In this document: positions 9,239 through 20,714 of the stretch, one piece after another | Position numbering within the stretch: position 1 is the first letter of the stretch | Layout: every line of letters begins with the position of its first letter | DNA from: Macrostomum lignano | Lineage: Eukaryota | Direction: 5' to 3' | Assembly: GCA_002269645.1 (NCBI GenBank) | Contig: NIVC01000254.1 | Span: 496,001 to 560,000, forward strand | Length of the DNA stretch: 64,000 nt | The notes under the pieces: model-generated | Databases searched by the model: none | Told to the model about the DNA's origin: nothing | The model's input: only the letters and a program-made list of their open reading frames with translations | Position numbers and translations under genes: made by a program

Positions 9239-9514
9239 TTAATTGACGAAATGACCAGTTGTCGCTTCATGCATTGCGCGTCGCTTCATTGGTGGCTGGT
9301 GGAATGAAGGCTGTTGGTTCTTCTCAGCTGTTGGTGGCTCTTCCAGAGTTTCGGATGCAAATCTCTTTCTAAATTCAGCCTGAACTGCCTGGAAAGCCTC
9401 CCAGTGGTCGTCCCACTCTGCCGGCTGCCTGTCAGGTACTTGTATAAGTTGGTCGATTGTAAGCCTTGCTGCCCATGCTGCACACTCTTCAGGCTCCGTA
9501 GGGTGGTATCCCAT
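9239..9514 (-). CDS. Hypothetical 91-aa Polinton ORF (MGYHPTEPEECAAWAARL...)
   Basis: ATG-initiated with helical-looking composition; ends at the polyA region. No family recognised. Confidence 0.35.
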   Translation of the reverse strand: MGYHPTEPEECAAWAARLTIDQLIQVPDRQPAEWDDHWEAFQAVQAEFRKRFASETLEEPPTAEKNQQPSFHQPPMKRRAMHEATTGHFVN

Positions 9515-9927
9515 GGATCGCCGATCGGTGGCTTGACCGGAGGTTCTCGCTTGACAATTTTGTCTAGGACCCAATGCTTTTGAGCCCAGACTTCGCGCCA
9601 AAGTTTTGTAGGAAGCGGTAAGGCGTGCCTTAGGTGCACCGGCGGTCCGAGTACAGTTGGAAGGCGCCAGAGTGTGATTACGCCATTTTGCACAACCACT
9701 TGCCTGTTGCCACCCAGAAGGCATTGCGCATCGATACACTTTCTTGCAAACTCTTCCAGTCGTTCCTTCAGGCTGCCCAAGTGGCAAAACTGGTGGACGG
9801 TGAGCTCCATGCCAGGCAGACCTGGTCGATACTCTTCATCAAATTTGTACCACTTTCTGATGCTGATGCACTTCGAGTGCGACCTGACGCCGATTCGAAA
9901 TCTGTTCGATAATGTCTTGAAGTTCAT
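9286..9927 (-). CDS. Protein with two tandem PC4/Sub1-like (ssDNA-binding transcriptional coactivator) domains
   Basis: LSNRFRIGV...ISIRKWY..DEEYRPGLPGMELTVHQF..L matches PC4 IDIRE.W...GEMKPG.KGISL...QW..L. A second, weaker repeat is LGGNRQVVVQNGVITLW...ALPLPTKLWREV. Minus-strand TATATAA lies at 9967-9973. Confidence 0.7.
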   Translation of the reverse strand: MNFKTLSNRFRIGVRSHSKCISIRKWYKFDEEYRPGLPGMELTVHQFCHLGSLKERLEEFARKCIDAQCLLGGNRQVVVQNGVITLWRLPTVLGPPVHLRHALPLPTKLWREVWAQKHWVLDKIVKREPPVKPPIGDPWDTTLRSLKSVQHGQQGLQSTNLYKYLTGSRQSGTTTGRLSRQFRLNLERDLHPKLWKSHQQLRRTNSLHSTSHQ

Positions 9928-9995
9928 TTTGTTCACTGTGAGCTTTCCTTCCGGCTGTGTGCGAGATTATATACGACGAGAGTTGGTAAGTAACA

Positions 9996-10194
9996 CCAGC
10001 TCCCGCTCCATAGCAATAACCAATCCGAACCCCGAATCCAACCCCACACAACAGCCCTCTCACAGGAACTCTCGGCAAATCAGGAGCCCTTCCGGGGACC
10101 ACTCAGCCATTTAGAAACCAGCTCCTGTTCCATAGAAATAACTAATCCGAACCCCAAATCCAACCCCCACACAGCAGCCCTTTCGCAGGAACTC
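9996..10194. repeat. Imperfect direct repeat, two copies of about 77 bp (period about 122) in the Polinton subterminal region
   Basis: ACCAGCTCC..TCCATAG.AATAAC.AATCCGAACCCC.AATCCAACCCC...AGGAACTC at about 9996 and 10118. Confidence 0.8.
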
Positions 10195-10479
10195 GGGCCT
10201 TAACAAAGTCTCAGCCATCAACGTAACAGGAGGTGGCGGGACCTTCTTGCGGCCCTCTGGCCGCCAAGAAGTAGCGTTCTAGGTCTAACGACCTCACGCT
10301 GTACCCGCCACAGCAAGATACAGTACAACCAAAGCATGGAATGAGGGTTTTGCCTTGGCTAGCTTTAAAGGCGGTAAGTGAGACAGGTAATAAGACTTGG
10401 GTTTAGGAATTAGGAGGGGGAATTGGTTTTGGTTAGGGTACAGGATAGAAGGACCTTGCTACATGGGATGGGGCAAGGC

Positions 10480-10760
10480 GTAGGATAGGAGGGGGCCTTG
10501 GTATGGGATGCATGGGGTGCAGGACAGGAGGGGGTCTTGGTATGGGATGCACGGGGTGCAGGACAGGAGGGGTGTAGGACAGGAGGGGGTCTTAGTATGG
10601 GATGCATGGGGTGCAGGACAGGAGGGGGTCTTGGTATGGGATGCACGGGGTGCAGGACAGGAGGGGGTCTTGGTATGGGATGCACGGGGTGCAGGACAGG
10701 AGGGGGTCTTGGTATGGGATGCACGGGGTGCAGGACAGGAGGGGTGTAGGACAGGAGGGG
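10480..10760. repeat. 39-bp G-rich tandem repeat in the Polinton terminal region
   Basis: GGGGTGCAGGACAGGAGGGGGTCTTGGTATGGGATGCAC, about 6-7 copies. Confidence 0.9.
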
Positions 10761-10966
10761 GCCTGGTTTGGGGTCGGGGGTGGGTGCGTGGGTTTGGGGT
10801 CGGGATTGGGTGCGTGGCGGTGGTGGGTTTGGGGTCGGGGTGGGTTTGGGGTCGGGGTGGGTTTGGCGTCGGGGTGGGCGTCTTCGGGGCGCCCTCTCCC
10901 CTCATTGGCCGGGTGCCCCGGCCAATCCCGTGCGATGGCGGTAGAGGGTACCACTTTCCTACTACT
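10761..10966. repeat. Polinton right terminus (probable TIR) with G-tracts and a hairpin
   Basis: GGTTTGGGGTCGGGGTGG repeats, perfect hairpin ATTGGCCGGG-TGC-CCCGGCCAAT at 10904-10926, and terminal CTACTACT. Confidence 0.7.
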
Positions 10967-12070
10967 CTTATCAATCAGTCTCAATGAATGTTATCAATCA
11001 GTCTCACTGGATCTTATCAATCAGTCTCAATGAATCTTATCAATCAGTCTCAATGAATCTTATCAATCAGTCTCAATGAATCTTATCAATCAGTCTCAAT
11101 GAATCTTATCAATCAGTCTCAATGAATCTTATCAATCAGTCTCAATGAATCTTATCAATCAGTCTCAATCAATCTTATCAATCAGTCTCAATGAATCTTA
11201 TCAATCAGTCTCAATCAATCTTATCAATCAGTCTCAATGAATCTTATCAATCAGTCTCAATGAATCTTATCAATCAGTCTCAATGAATCTTATCAATCAG
11301 TCTCACTGGATCTTATCAATCAGTCTCAATGAATCTTATCAATCAGTCTCAATGAATCTTATCAATCAGTCTCAATGAATCTTATCAATCAGTCTCAATG
11401 AATCTTATCAATCAGTCTCAATGAATCTTATCAATCAGTCTCAATGAATCTTATCAATCAGTCTCAATCAATCTTATCAATCAGTCTCAATGAATCTTAT
11501 CAATTAATCAATCTCACTGGATCTTATCAATCTAACTGGATCTTATCAATCTAACTGGATCTTATCAATCTAACTGGATCTTATCAATCTCACTGTATAT
11601 TATCAATTAATCAATCTCACTGGATCTTATCAATTAATCAATCTCACTAGAATTCCATCAAACAATTTCACTGAATCTTATCAATTAATCAATCTCACTG
11701 GATCTTATCAATCTCACTGGATCCTATTAATCTCACTGGACTTATCAATCTCACTGGATATTATCAATCTCACTAGATCTTATCAATCTCACTGGATCTT
11801 ATCAATCTCACTGGATCCTATCAATCTCACTAGATCTTATCAATCTCACTGGATCTTATCAATCTCACTAGATCTTATCAATCTCACGGGATATTATCAA
11901 TCTCACTGGATATTATCAATCTCACTGGATATTATCAATTAATCAATCTCACTGGATATTATCAATTAATCAATCTCACTAGAATTCTATCAATCAATTT
12001 CACAGGATCTTATCAATCTCAGTGAATCTCATCAATCAGTCAATCTCATGCCTGGATCTCATCAATCAAT
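10967..12070. repeat. Host intronic minisatellite, 23-bp unit degenerating to about 19 bp
   Basis: TCTTATCAATCAGTCTCAATGAA tandem copies, then ATCTTATCAATCTCACTGG. Confidence 0.95.
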
Positions 12071-12085
12071 ATCCCAAAATCTCAC

Positions 12086-12423
12086 CTTGCCCCCTCTGCG
12101 TCCAGCGCCTGATCAGCGGTGGGTCCAAAGATCTTCGGAAACTGATCCGGGAGCAGCCGGCCCAGCACCAGGTTGGCATCCGTGACGGTCAGGGGGCCGC
12201 CTTTCCTGTAGCAGACCGGGCCGGGGTGCGCGCCAGCCGACTCGGGCCCGACGACGAACAGGCCGGAGCGGAAGAACAGGCGGGAACCGCCGCCTGCGGC
12301 CACCGTGTTGATGTCCAGCTGGGGGGCCTGAGATGTGAGATACATACATATAGATTAATATTAATATAGACAGACAGACAGACAGACAGACAGGCAGACA
12401 GACGGGCAGACAGACAGACAGGC

Positions 12424-12480
<57 letters not shown>

Positions 12481-12585
12481 GGCAGGCAGGCAGACAGACA
12501 CACAGACAGACAGACAGACAGACAGACACACAGACAGACAGACAGACAGACAGACACACAGACAGACAGACACACAGACAGACAC

Positions 12586-12636
<51 letters not shown>

Positions 12637-12639
12637 GGC

Positions 12640-12676
<37 letters not shown>

Positions 12677-12677
12677 C

Positions 12678-12708
<31 letters not shown>

Positions 12709-15109
12709 GGCAGGCAGACAGACAGACAGACAGACAGGCAGGCAGACAGACAGGCAGGCAGGCAGACAGGCAGGCAGGCAGACAGACCTGAATAGCCACT
12801 CCAGCAGTTGTAGTCTCGAACACGTGCTCCAGCTGGCCATCGAACCTGCTCACATCGGTGCTGGTGCCGCCCATGTCGAAGCCAATGACTGGCGCACCGC
12901 CCGCCTGTCGATGCGTTGTCAGGGCGTAGCCGACCACGCCGCCAGCTGGACCAGACAGAATTGCTCGGGAACCGTTGAATCTGAGGTTATCGATTGACAA
13001 CGGCAAGTTCTCATGTGCACATAGGTGTACTATATCATATCTCATGTGTACTCACTGATGTCAAGTGTACTCACTGATGTCATGTGTACTCACTGATGTC
13101 ATGTGTACTCACTGATGTCATGTGTACTCACTGATGTCATGTGTATCACTGATATTATTTGTACTCACTGATGTCATGTGTACTCACTGATGTCATGTGT
13201 ACTCACTGATGTCATGTGTACTCACTGATGTCATGTGTACTCACTGATGTCATGTGCACTCACTGATGTGATGTGTACTCACTGATGTCATGTGTACTCA
13301 CTGATGTGATGTGTACTCACTGATGTCAAGTGTACTCACTGATTTACTGGCGCAAGCCCGCCGTCACTCTGCATAAACAGTACCTTTAAATTCTAAAAAT
13401 AAAAGTACATGGATGAAAATCAATTAATAAAACATTTTTATTTTTTGTAAAGTACAACAAAAGTACCCTTGTCTGACCTTTAAACCTCCAGCGAATCCGG
13501 ACGCAAATCCTTCGATGTACTTATCGATGCACGGCGTCAGGTAGGCGTCCGCACAGGCTGTGTGACCACGCGGAACAGCCCGAACCATCTGCATCACTCG
13601 GTGCGACAGGGACACCTGGATACGTGCATTGCAGTGGGTGAGTGCGCTGTGTTACGGAGGCAAACCTAAAACATTGTCAGCGATTTCTAATGATCTGACA
13701 TTACCAGAACGATGTCAGATACAACCCAGCGACTTTACTGACATCACCTGGCACACCTGAATGATGTCAGATCCAACCCAAGCTGTCAGTGACCCTACTG
13801 ACATCACCTGACACACCTGAATGATGTCAGATCCAACCCAAGCTGCCAGTGACCCTACTGACATCACCTGACACACCTGAATGATGTCAGATCCAACCCA
13901 AGCGGTCAGTGACCCTACTGACATCACCTGACACACCTGAATGATGTCAGATCCAACCCAAGCTGCCAGTGACCCTACTGACATCACCTGACACACCTGA
14001 ATGATGTCAGATCCAACCCAAGCTGTCAGTGACCCTACTGACATCACCTGGCACACTTGAATGAGGTCAGATCCAACCCAAGCTGTCAGTGACCCTACTG
14101 ACATCACCTGGCACACTTGAATGATGTCAGATCCAACCCAAGCTGTCAGTGACCCTACTGACATCACCTGACACACCTGAATGATGTCAGATCCAACCCA
14201 AGCTGTCAGTGACCCTACTGACTTCACCTGACACACCCGAATGATGTCAGATCCAACCCAAGCTGTCAGTGACCCTACTGACATCACCTGACACACCTGG
14301 ATGATGTCAGATCCAACCCAAGCTGTCAGTGACCCTACTGACATCACCTGGCACACTTGAATGATGTCAGATCCAACCCAAGCTGTCAGTGACCCTACTG
14401 ACATCACCTGACACCTGTCAAAGAGTTGCCTAAGAGTCAATTTACGAGCTATTTGAGACTTTTTATTGTCTGCAACTCTGAAACGAATCTTAGGCGTGTC
14501 AGAGTTGTTTTGCATTTATAACAATAACAACACTATTTAGTCTACTTGAGTTAGTAGACAGTAAAGCGCTACCACAACGACTATTGGACGACTTTTTCAG
14601 GGCCGTTTGAGTCGTTAAAAAGTCACAAGTCTCCCTAGATTCGCCAGAGTCAATAGTGACTTGTTTGCAATGACTCTGGCGATTCTTGTCACGGTAACGC
14701 TTTCAACGGGTACTAGTCTATCTGCAATCTTCTACCTGGCTAAACCCGAGTTTTTCAGCCAGTTTGCCGGCGGCCAGCTCGTGCTCCGGGTACAGGTAAG
14801 AGTGCAGAAACAGCACGGCTACGCAGCGAATGCCGTCAGCAAGAAGGCTGGTCAGTTCGGTGCGCAGCGACTCCATGTTCAGCGGCTGGCTGACGTGGAC
14901 AGACTCCCCAGTGACACCGGTGGCCAGGGGGCCGGGCTGGGGGTCCAAGCGGCAGGAGGACGGCTGGGCCAGCAGGACTCGTTCGTCAACTTCGATGACG
15001 CGTTCGTACAGCATCTCTGGCATGGAGATTGACTGGGAGAGGAGAGAGGAAGGCTGAGGGTAGACAGACAGACTGGAACTCTAACAGACAGACTGGAACT
15101 CTAACAGCC

Positions 15110-15182
<73 letters not shown>

Positions 15183-18100
15183 CAGACAGACAGACAGAGA
15201 GACAGACAGACAAAACAGACAGACAGTGCCAGCTTCAGACTAAACAATCAGTAATCCTACCAGATCAAAAATGTCAGGCCTAGATTGATTTCCAATGTAC
15301 AACAGGTCGCGAAATCCTTTAGTAACTAACAGGGCGAATCGTTCGCCTTTGCGCTCTAGCAAAGCATTTGTAGCCACTGTGGTGCCCATGCGAATCCATT
15401 GAATCTGCTCTGTTGGAATTGGAGATCCTTTGGGCACATCAGTGCCGGACTAAAATTAGAAAGTTATGTTTGGTACTTTAAGAGGGCATATGACATGATG
15501 CTAAACTTAAGATTTTCTAGTTATCTAGATTATTAGACAAATCTAGATTGTTAAATATATAACTATTAGAGATAAATAAAATACTGTACCTATATATATG
15601 GGGAAATCCAAAAATCGGGGGCAAGTTTTATGAAAATTCGTTTTTTGGCAATTTGAAAGCAATAAAGCTATAAAATAAATTTATTCAAGTTTTTAAAAAG
15701 TAAAAAAGTCTATTAAAGCACAAATTATTTTCGTATAGCTTTATTTTTAATAAAATGATTTGTTAAAACGGTAAGTTTAATTACGACCTAAAATGAGTCT
15801 AATGAAAATGATTGAAAAGCTATAATAATGTATTTTATTAACTTTAACTATCTTATAATGTTATACTCTATAATTCTACAACATATTTAACATTATTTTA
15901 AGGTTTTATTTGTTTATCACTTTTGTTACTCTTGACAACGTGTATTTTGTAGAGTTCGTTTGCAATAAATTGTATTCAACGTAAGTTTATTATTTAAACA
16001 TACAAATTCCCGTAAGGATCGGAAAATTGCATTTTACTCAGCTTCTACTAAAGCGATTTGGAAAATTCTTTTTTTCCTGCATACACGCCGCGATGATACA
16101 TGTTTTAGTGTAATTTCATTGTTCTTCGTCGCTTAATAAGCATACAGTAAGCATCTGATTTGGAAGCCAGGTAACACATTGGAATTCCCATAAGGATTGG
16201 AAAATTGCATTTTACTCAGCTTCTACTGAAGCGATTTCGAAAATTCTTTTTTTCCTGCATACACGCCGCGATGATACATGTTTTAGTGTAATTTCATTGT
16301 TCTTCGTCGCTTAATAAGCATACAGTAAGCATCTGATTTGGAAGCCGGGTAACACATTGGAATTCCCATAAGGATTGGAAAATTGCATTTTACTCAGCTT
16401 CTACTGAAGCGATTTGGAAAATTCTTTTTTTCCTGCATACACGCCGCGATGATACATGTTTTAGTGTAATTTCATTGTTCTTCGTCGCTTAATAAGCATA
16501 CAGTAAGCATCTGATTTGGAAGCCGGGTAACACATTGGAATTCCCATAAGGATTGGAAAATTGCATTTTACTCAGCTTCTACTGAAGCGATTTGGAAAAT
16601 TCTTTTTTTCCTGCATACACGCCGCGATGATACATGTTTTAGTGTAATTTCATTGTTCTTCGTCGCTTAATGAGCATACAGTAAGCATCTGATTTGGATG
16701 CCGGGTTCACATTTTGTGGTACCATTTTTTACCCAAAATTTTTAAGTCTAAATATAGGCATATTACAAATACTAATACTATGCAAGTTGATATTTAAATG
16801 AAAGAAAACAACTTAAAGATTATTTTGCAACAAGGAATTAGCGATATATTTACTTTTAGAAAAAGATGTTTGCTGGCAAACTTTGCACTTTATATTAGTA
16901 TGAATTTTTGCGAGTTTATATGGTTTTAGAAAAACTTTGAAATCCTTAGAAATACTTCATCTTTTTGAATTGAATAAAAAGTAAAACACAGATTACTTTC
17001 TGTTTTGTAACTAGTAAAAAAATTAGCCTTCTCTAAGGCCTACAAGTCTTAAAATTAATTGTTTAATAATGAAAAAAAGTGAAACAAAAAATTGCAAATC
17101 GGTCAACTCGGACTTTCAAAATGCTTTTTTGTGGTTTTTTCTTATTTATTCAACAATATAAAGCATGAAAACAATAGTTTTTATCCAGAACTATTTTCTA
17201 AAGACCTATCTATCTTTCAAAAACCTTTTTTAGATACATTACTTTCCATCGAATGTCCGCAGATTTGTTTTACCGTTTTATCCCACGTTTTTGGATTTCG
17301 CCATATATTAGCAAATATTAGCTTGTATCTTATTGCTTAAGCCAGGTCACCTGTAGGGTGCTGCCAAAGCTACAGCTATGAGTTTTAAGTTATAAGAACT
17401 TTTTCTTATAAGAACTAAAGCTTTTCTAGATCTAGCTGCCATATTGTTATATTGTGAGAAAAAGTTATTACTATTTGGGTCTATGAGAATTTCCCATAGG
17501 AAGTTTTCTTACTAACACTAAGGTTTGCCAGTGCAAGCTTTTCCAATAGCAAAGCTTTCCTATTGAGCCTTTCCTAGGGGCCTACCAAGATTTCCCCATT
17601 TAGATTTTTCTACAACAAGGTTTTCCTATAACAGGTTTTTTGCAGAGGTTTTCCCATTAGAATTTTAAGTCAAATCCAATCAGATTTGAAATTGCTAGTC
17701 TAGTCTAGTTCTAATTGAGTCTCATATAGTCTATAATATTAAAATTTTTGTTTATGCAATATCAAAGTGCAATTGAGATATTGCATTTTATAAAACAGCA
17801 ATGCTTAATTATATAAAATAATTTAAAATCATATATTATTATACAAATTCAAATTACAAATATGTTAGAAACTATTTTGCATCTAATAAAAATTGCTAAA
17901 CCTAGGCCTAAACATACTAAATACAAGAATTTTATCCTTTAAATGTAATAAAAAATACTAGGATAGTTTCTTGCTAATTGTGTTTTAGACTAGCAGGTAA
18001 AAAGTTCAGATTTGCATTAAAATTCAACTTCATTTATTAGCAAAGAAAATTATATTTCAACTTTACTAGCACAATAAAAAATTATAAGATTTTTTTAAAA

Positions 18101-18976
18101 CTGAAATTGGAAATAGTTATTTCCTAAAATATGAATAAAATCAATTAGAAAAAATATTAAAATAAATTTGAAATTAGTTTCTATAATTTATTTATACCTC
18201 TTGTTATTAACCCTAATTCCTATTGATAGGCCCTAGCTATAAATTAAATAGTTAAATAACTAATAGACTTGGCAAACATATAATATGGCATATGAAAGCA
18301 AGCCCACTATTTATTATAGACTGATGATGCTGTCTAAATAAACCCTTTATTTAAGTTTTAATTTGTTATACTAAAAATTATTATATAATTATAAAAATTG
18401 TTATATATAATTATAAAAACAAAAAACTCATTATGATAATGATAGAAGCTTAGATATATTTTTCTATTGTTGATTGTTTAATGTTCAAATCTGCTCTAGA
18501 CAAGGCTAATAATGCTGCTAAAATGGATTTATCATATAAGCATTGATATCCAGGGGTGTAGGGAGGGGGGATAGGGAGGATCTATCCCCCCAAAGAGCCT
18601 GACCAAAACTTTTTTGTTGTCCTTTGTTGCAATACATGCTACCACATGACTCTGTCATAGCACTTTTACCTTGGTGTGTCCCCCCATAGAAAATTCACCT
18701 TGGTGTATCCGCCCCGTAGGAAATTCCTGGCTACGCCCCTGTTGATATCCTTTATTTGTGAGTCATACTAAAGTGAAACGCAAATAGCATCAAATCAAAC
18801 AGAAACAGAATAAAACTTACAAATTCAGACAAGATCCTTCTAATGGCTTCTCTGGGAGCATCGTCGTAATTCTCTGGATCCTCACTAAGCAACTTTCGTA
18901 CTATAACTTTTCCTGATGGGATTTTGCACCAGACATCAGTGAAAGTGCCTCCACGATCAATAGCAAAGCTAAACAT
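12086..18976 (-). CDS. OPLAH: 5-oxoprolinase (ATP-hydrolysing), exons 1-7: 18976-18821, 15449-15261, 15032-14736, 13615-13478, 13392-13340, 12980-12788, 12327-12086; remaining exons expected left of the window
   Basis: [68 protein letters not shown] and [12 protein letters not shown]...[29 protein letters not shown] junctions have consistent phases. Confidence 0.96.
12368..12787. repeat. (GACA)n/(GGCA)n microsatellite filling OPLAH intron 6
   Basis: Tetranucleotide run starting at the GT donor. Confidence 0.95.
13045..13345. repeat. 19-bp minisatellite in OPLAH intron 5
   Basis: TGTACTCACTGATGTCATG tandem copies. Confidence 0.95.
13722..14418. repeat. 60-bp minisatellite in OPLAH intron 3 (about 11 copies)
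   Basis: Sequence lines repeat with period 60. Confidence 0.95.
15060..15225. repeat. (GACA)n microsatellite, OPLAH intron 2
   Basis: Direct reading. Confidence 0.9.
16010..16710. repeat. About 178-bp tandem repeat, roughly 4 copies, OPLAH intron 1
   Basis: GGAAAATTGCATTTTACTCAGC at about 16021, 16199, 16377 and 16555. Confidence 0.92.
18551..18741. mobile_element. hAT-type MITE (191 bp)
   Basis: Termini CAGGGGTGTAG and CTACGCCCCTG with a perfect 8-bp TSD TTGATATC. Confidence 0.85.
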
Positions 18977-19274
18977 GCTAAGATTACGTGTTAGTAGGCC
19001 TATTCCCTTAATAGATAGATATCAACACAATACAATTGTTATTTGTGAAATTAAATTTTTCCTATTAAAATAATGCTTGAGAGTGACAAGAGAACATACA
19101 AATCGATTATTTTTATTTTGGGTGATTGCGTGCGGCAGGGAGGTCCATCATCAGTGCCATACGGCACGCCACTTCGCGTTTCAGAACGTTTGAATATTTC
19201 CGGGAACTTGTAAATTCACAGAATTACGATGTCAAACGAAAAATGTTACGTGCTAGATCACTTTTGGCGATATC

Positions 19275-19619
19275 TAGGCTTTTTACAAAGATTGGTTCCA
19301 GAACCAGAATAATTCTAATTCCAGAACCAGAATCGGCAGGAAAATGAAAAGATTCTTTAATTCTACCTTAATTTTATCTTCAATTAATTAAAAATAATTT
19401 AATTTTGTCTTTTTTTTACTTTGCTTTGTCTCGTTTGATATGACAAAAAACAAAGAGTACTTAATATATCAATAATAAAAAATTGACGATTACAAATATA
19501 TTTTACTGTTAAAGTGTAATACATTAGTGAATCACGGTTCTGGAACCGATTCTGAAAACGGAACAGACATTTAAAAAGCTTCGAACCGATTCTGGTTCTG
19601 GAAACGATAGAAAAGCCTA
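19275..19619. mobile_element. Possible MITE upstream of OPLAH
   Basis: Imperfect inverted ends TAGGCTTTT...TTCCAGAACCAGAAT; no TSD found. Confidence 0.4.
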
Positions 19620-19877
19620 ATCACAGCAGTTACACTAAAACACCGGCGCGTTAGCCCATCATTTCAATGACAGACGCGCCTTTCGATGATTTCGTCTTTG
19701 CAGCGTACTCTATTTTTTTCTCCTATCCCTCTTCATCTTCTATTTTTTTCAGGCACCTGTCGCTAGTTTTTTAACGCCTTGACAAAAATACTATCATAAC
19801 ACTTTGAGTCTGGCTTAATTGGGTCATTTCCGTGTCGGGACGATTGGGATTAGAAGTTTATTCTTCTCTCTCTCTCC

Positions 19878-19932
<55 letters not shown>

Positions 19933-20714
19933 TCTCTCTTTCGTTTTTCGTTCCGTCTTTCATTTCTTTCTCTCTTGTCAAACAATTCGAACATGCATCA
20001 TATGTACCATGTACCTACCTAGAACATTTGTTAATGCATTTAATATAGGTGAATCGAATTGGAGAGAGCCGCAGGACGACGCAAGGATCTACTGGGTAAT
20101 TTCCATTTTTCATCGAATGTGGTACCTTCAAGCTGATCGTTTAAACGTACATGTACTTTTGAGCAGAAAATAATTCTATCATAGATCGCAAGAGTCGATC
20201 GCGTCCTTCGATCTACGTAGTCCTTGGCAAATACATGTACATTAATTATACATACTTATTGTAGATACATGTAGTATGCGTCAAGTGTCATGTAAAGTCG
20301 GTCTTGGTCAACAAAGTACATGGTAGTTCTAAGCAAAGCAATGTGACAGTGTCGGAGTGACAGCGTCGTAAGTGACGGTGTCGAAATAAGAATTGAGATA
20401 TTAGGAATAAAATATTAGTAATGACTAATTATTGCAGCTAGATTAGTAAATATATATAATGTACAAGTCCAATTAATCGAAGCAGATAAATGTGAGTTAG
20501 AAGCTGAGCCTACTTATTATTCGTATTTCTACATGTAGGAACAGTTATATATCATTCACAATTAATGTTTGGGAACTTACAGCAGCTGGTAGAAGTATAA
20601 AGAATAAATTCCGTCTGAAATTCATATCCAGACATACATGTATGCTGCTATCTTTTGGTTACAGTGGCTCACTTTGTATGAGCAGATTCCATTAAGAGAA
20701 TAAACACTGTTCAT

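Larger units (their letters stand above)
1..10966 (+). mobile_element. Polinton/Maverick (adintovirus-like) endogenous element, right portion, internally deleted; left end lies outside the window
   Basis: Cluster of integrase, adenain-type protease remnant, A32-like packaging ATPase and conserved small Polinton ORFs. Ends in ...CCTACTACT at 10966 (reverse complement AGTAGTAGG, the typical Polinton AGT-repeat terminus), followed directly by host satellite. Confidence 0.9.

Noticed and set aside
10410-11033. Multiple ORFs over the Polinton terminal repeats
   Set aside because: Translations of the 39-bp G-rich array.
13715-14515. 266-aa ORF of 20-aa repeats
   Set aside because: Translation of the 60-bp intronic minisatellite within OPLAH intron 3.
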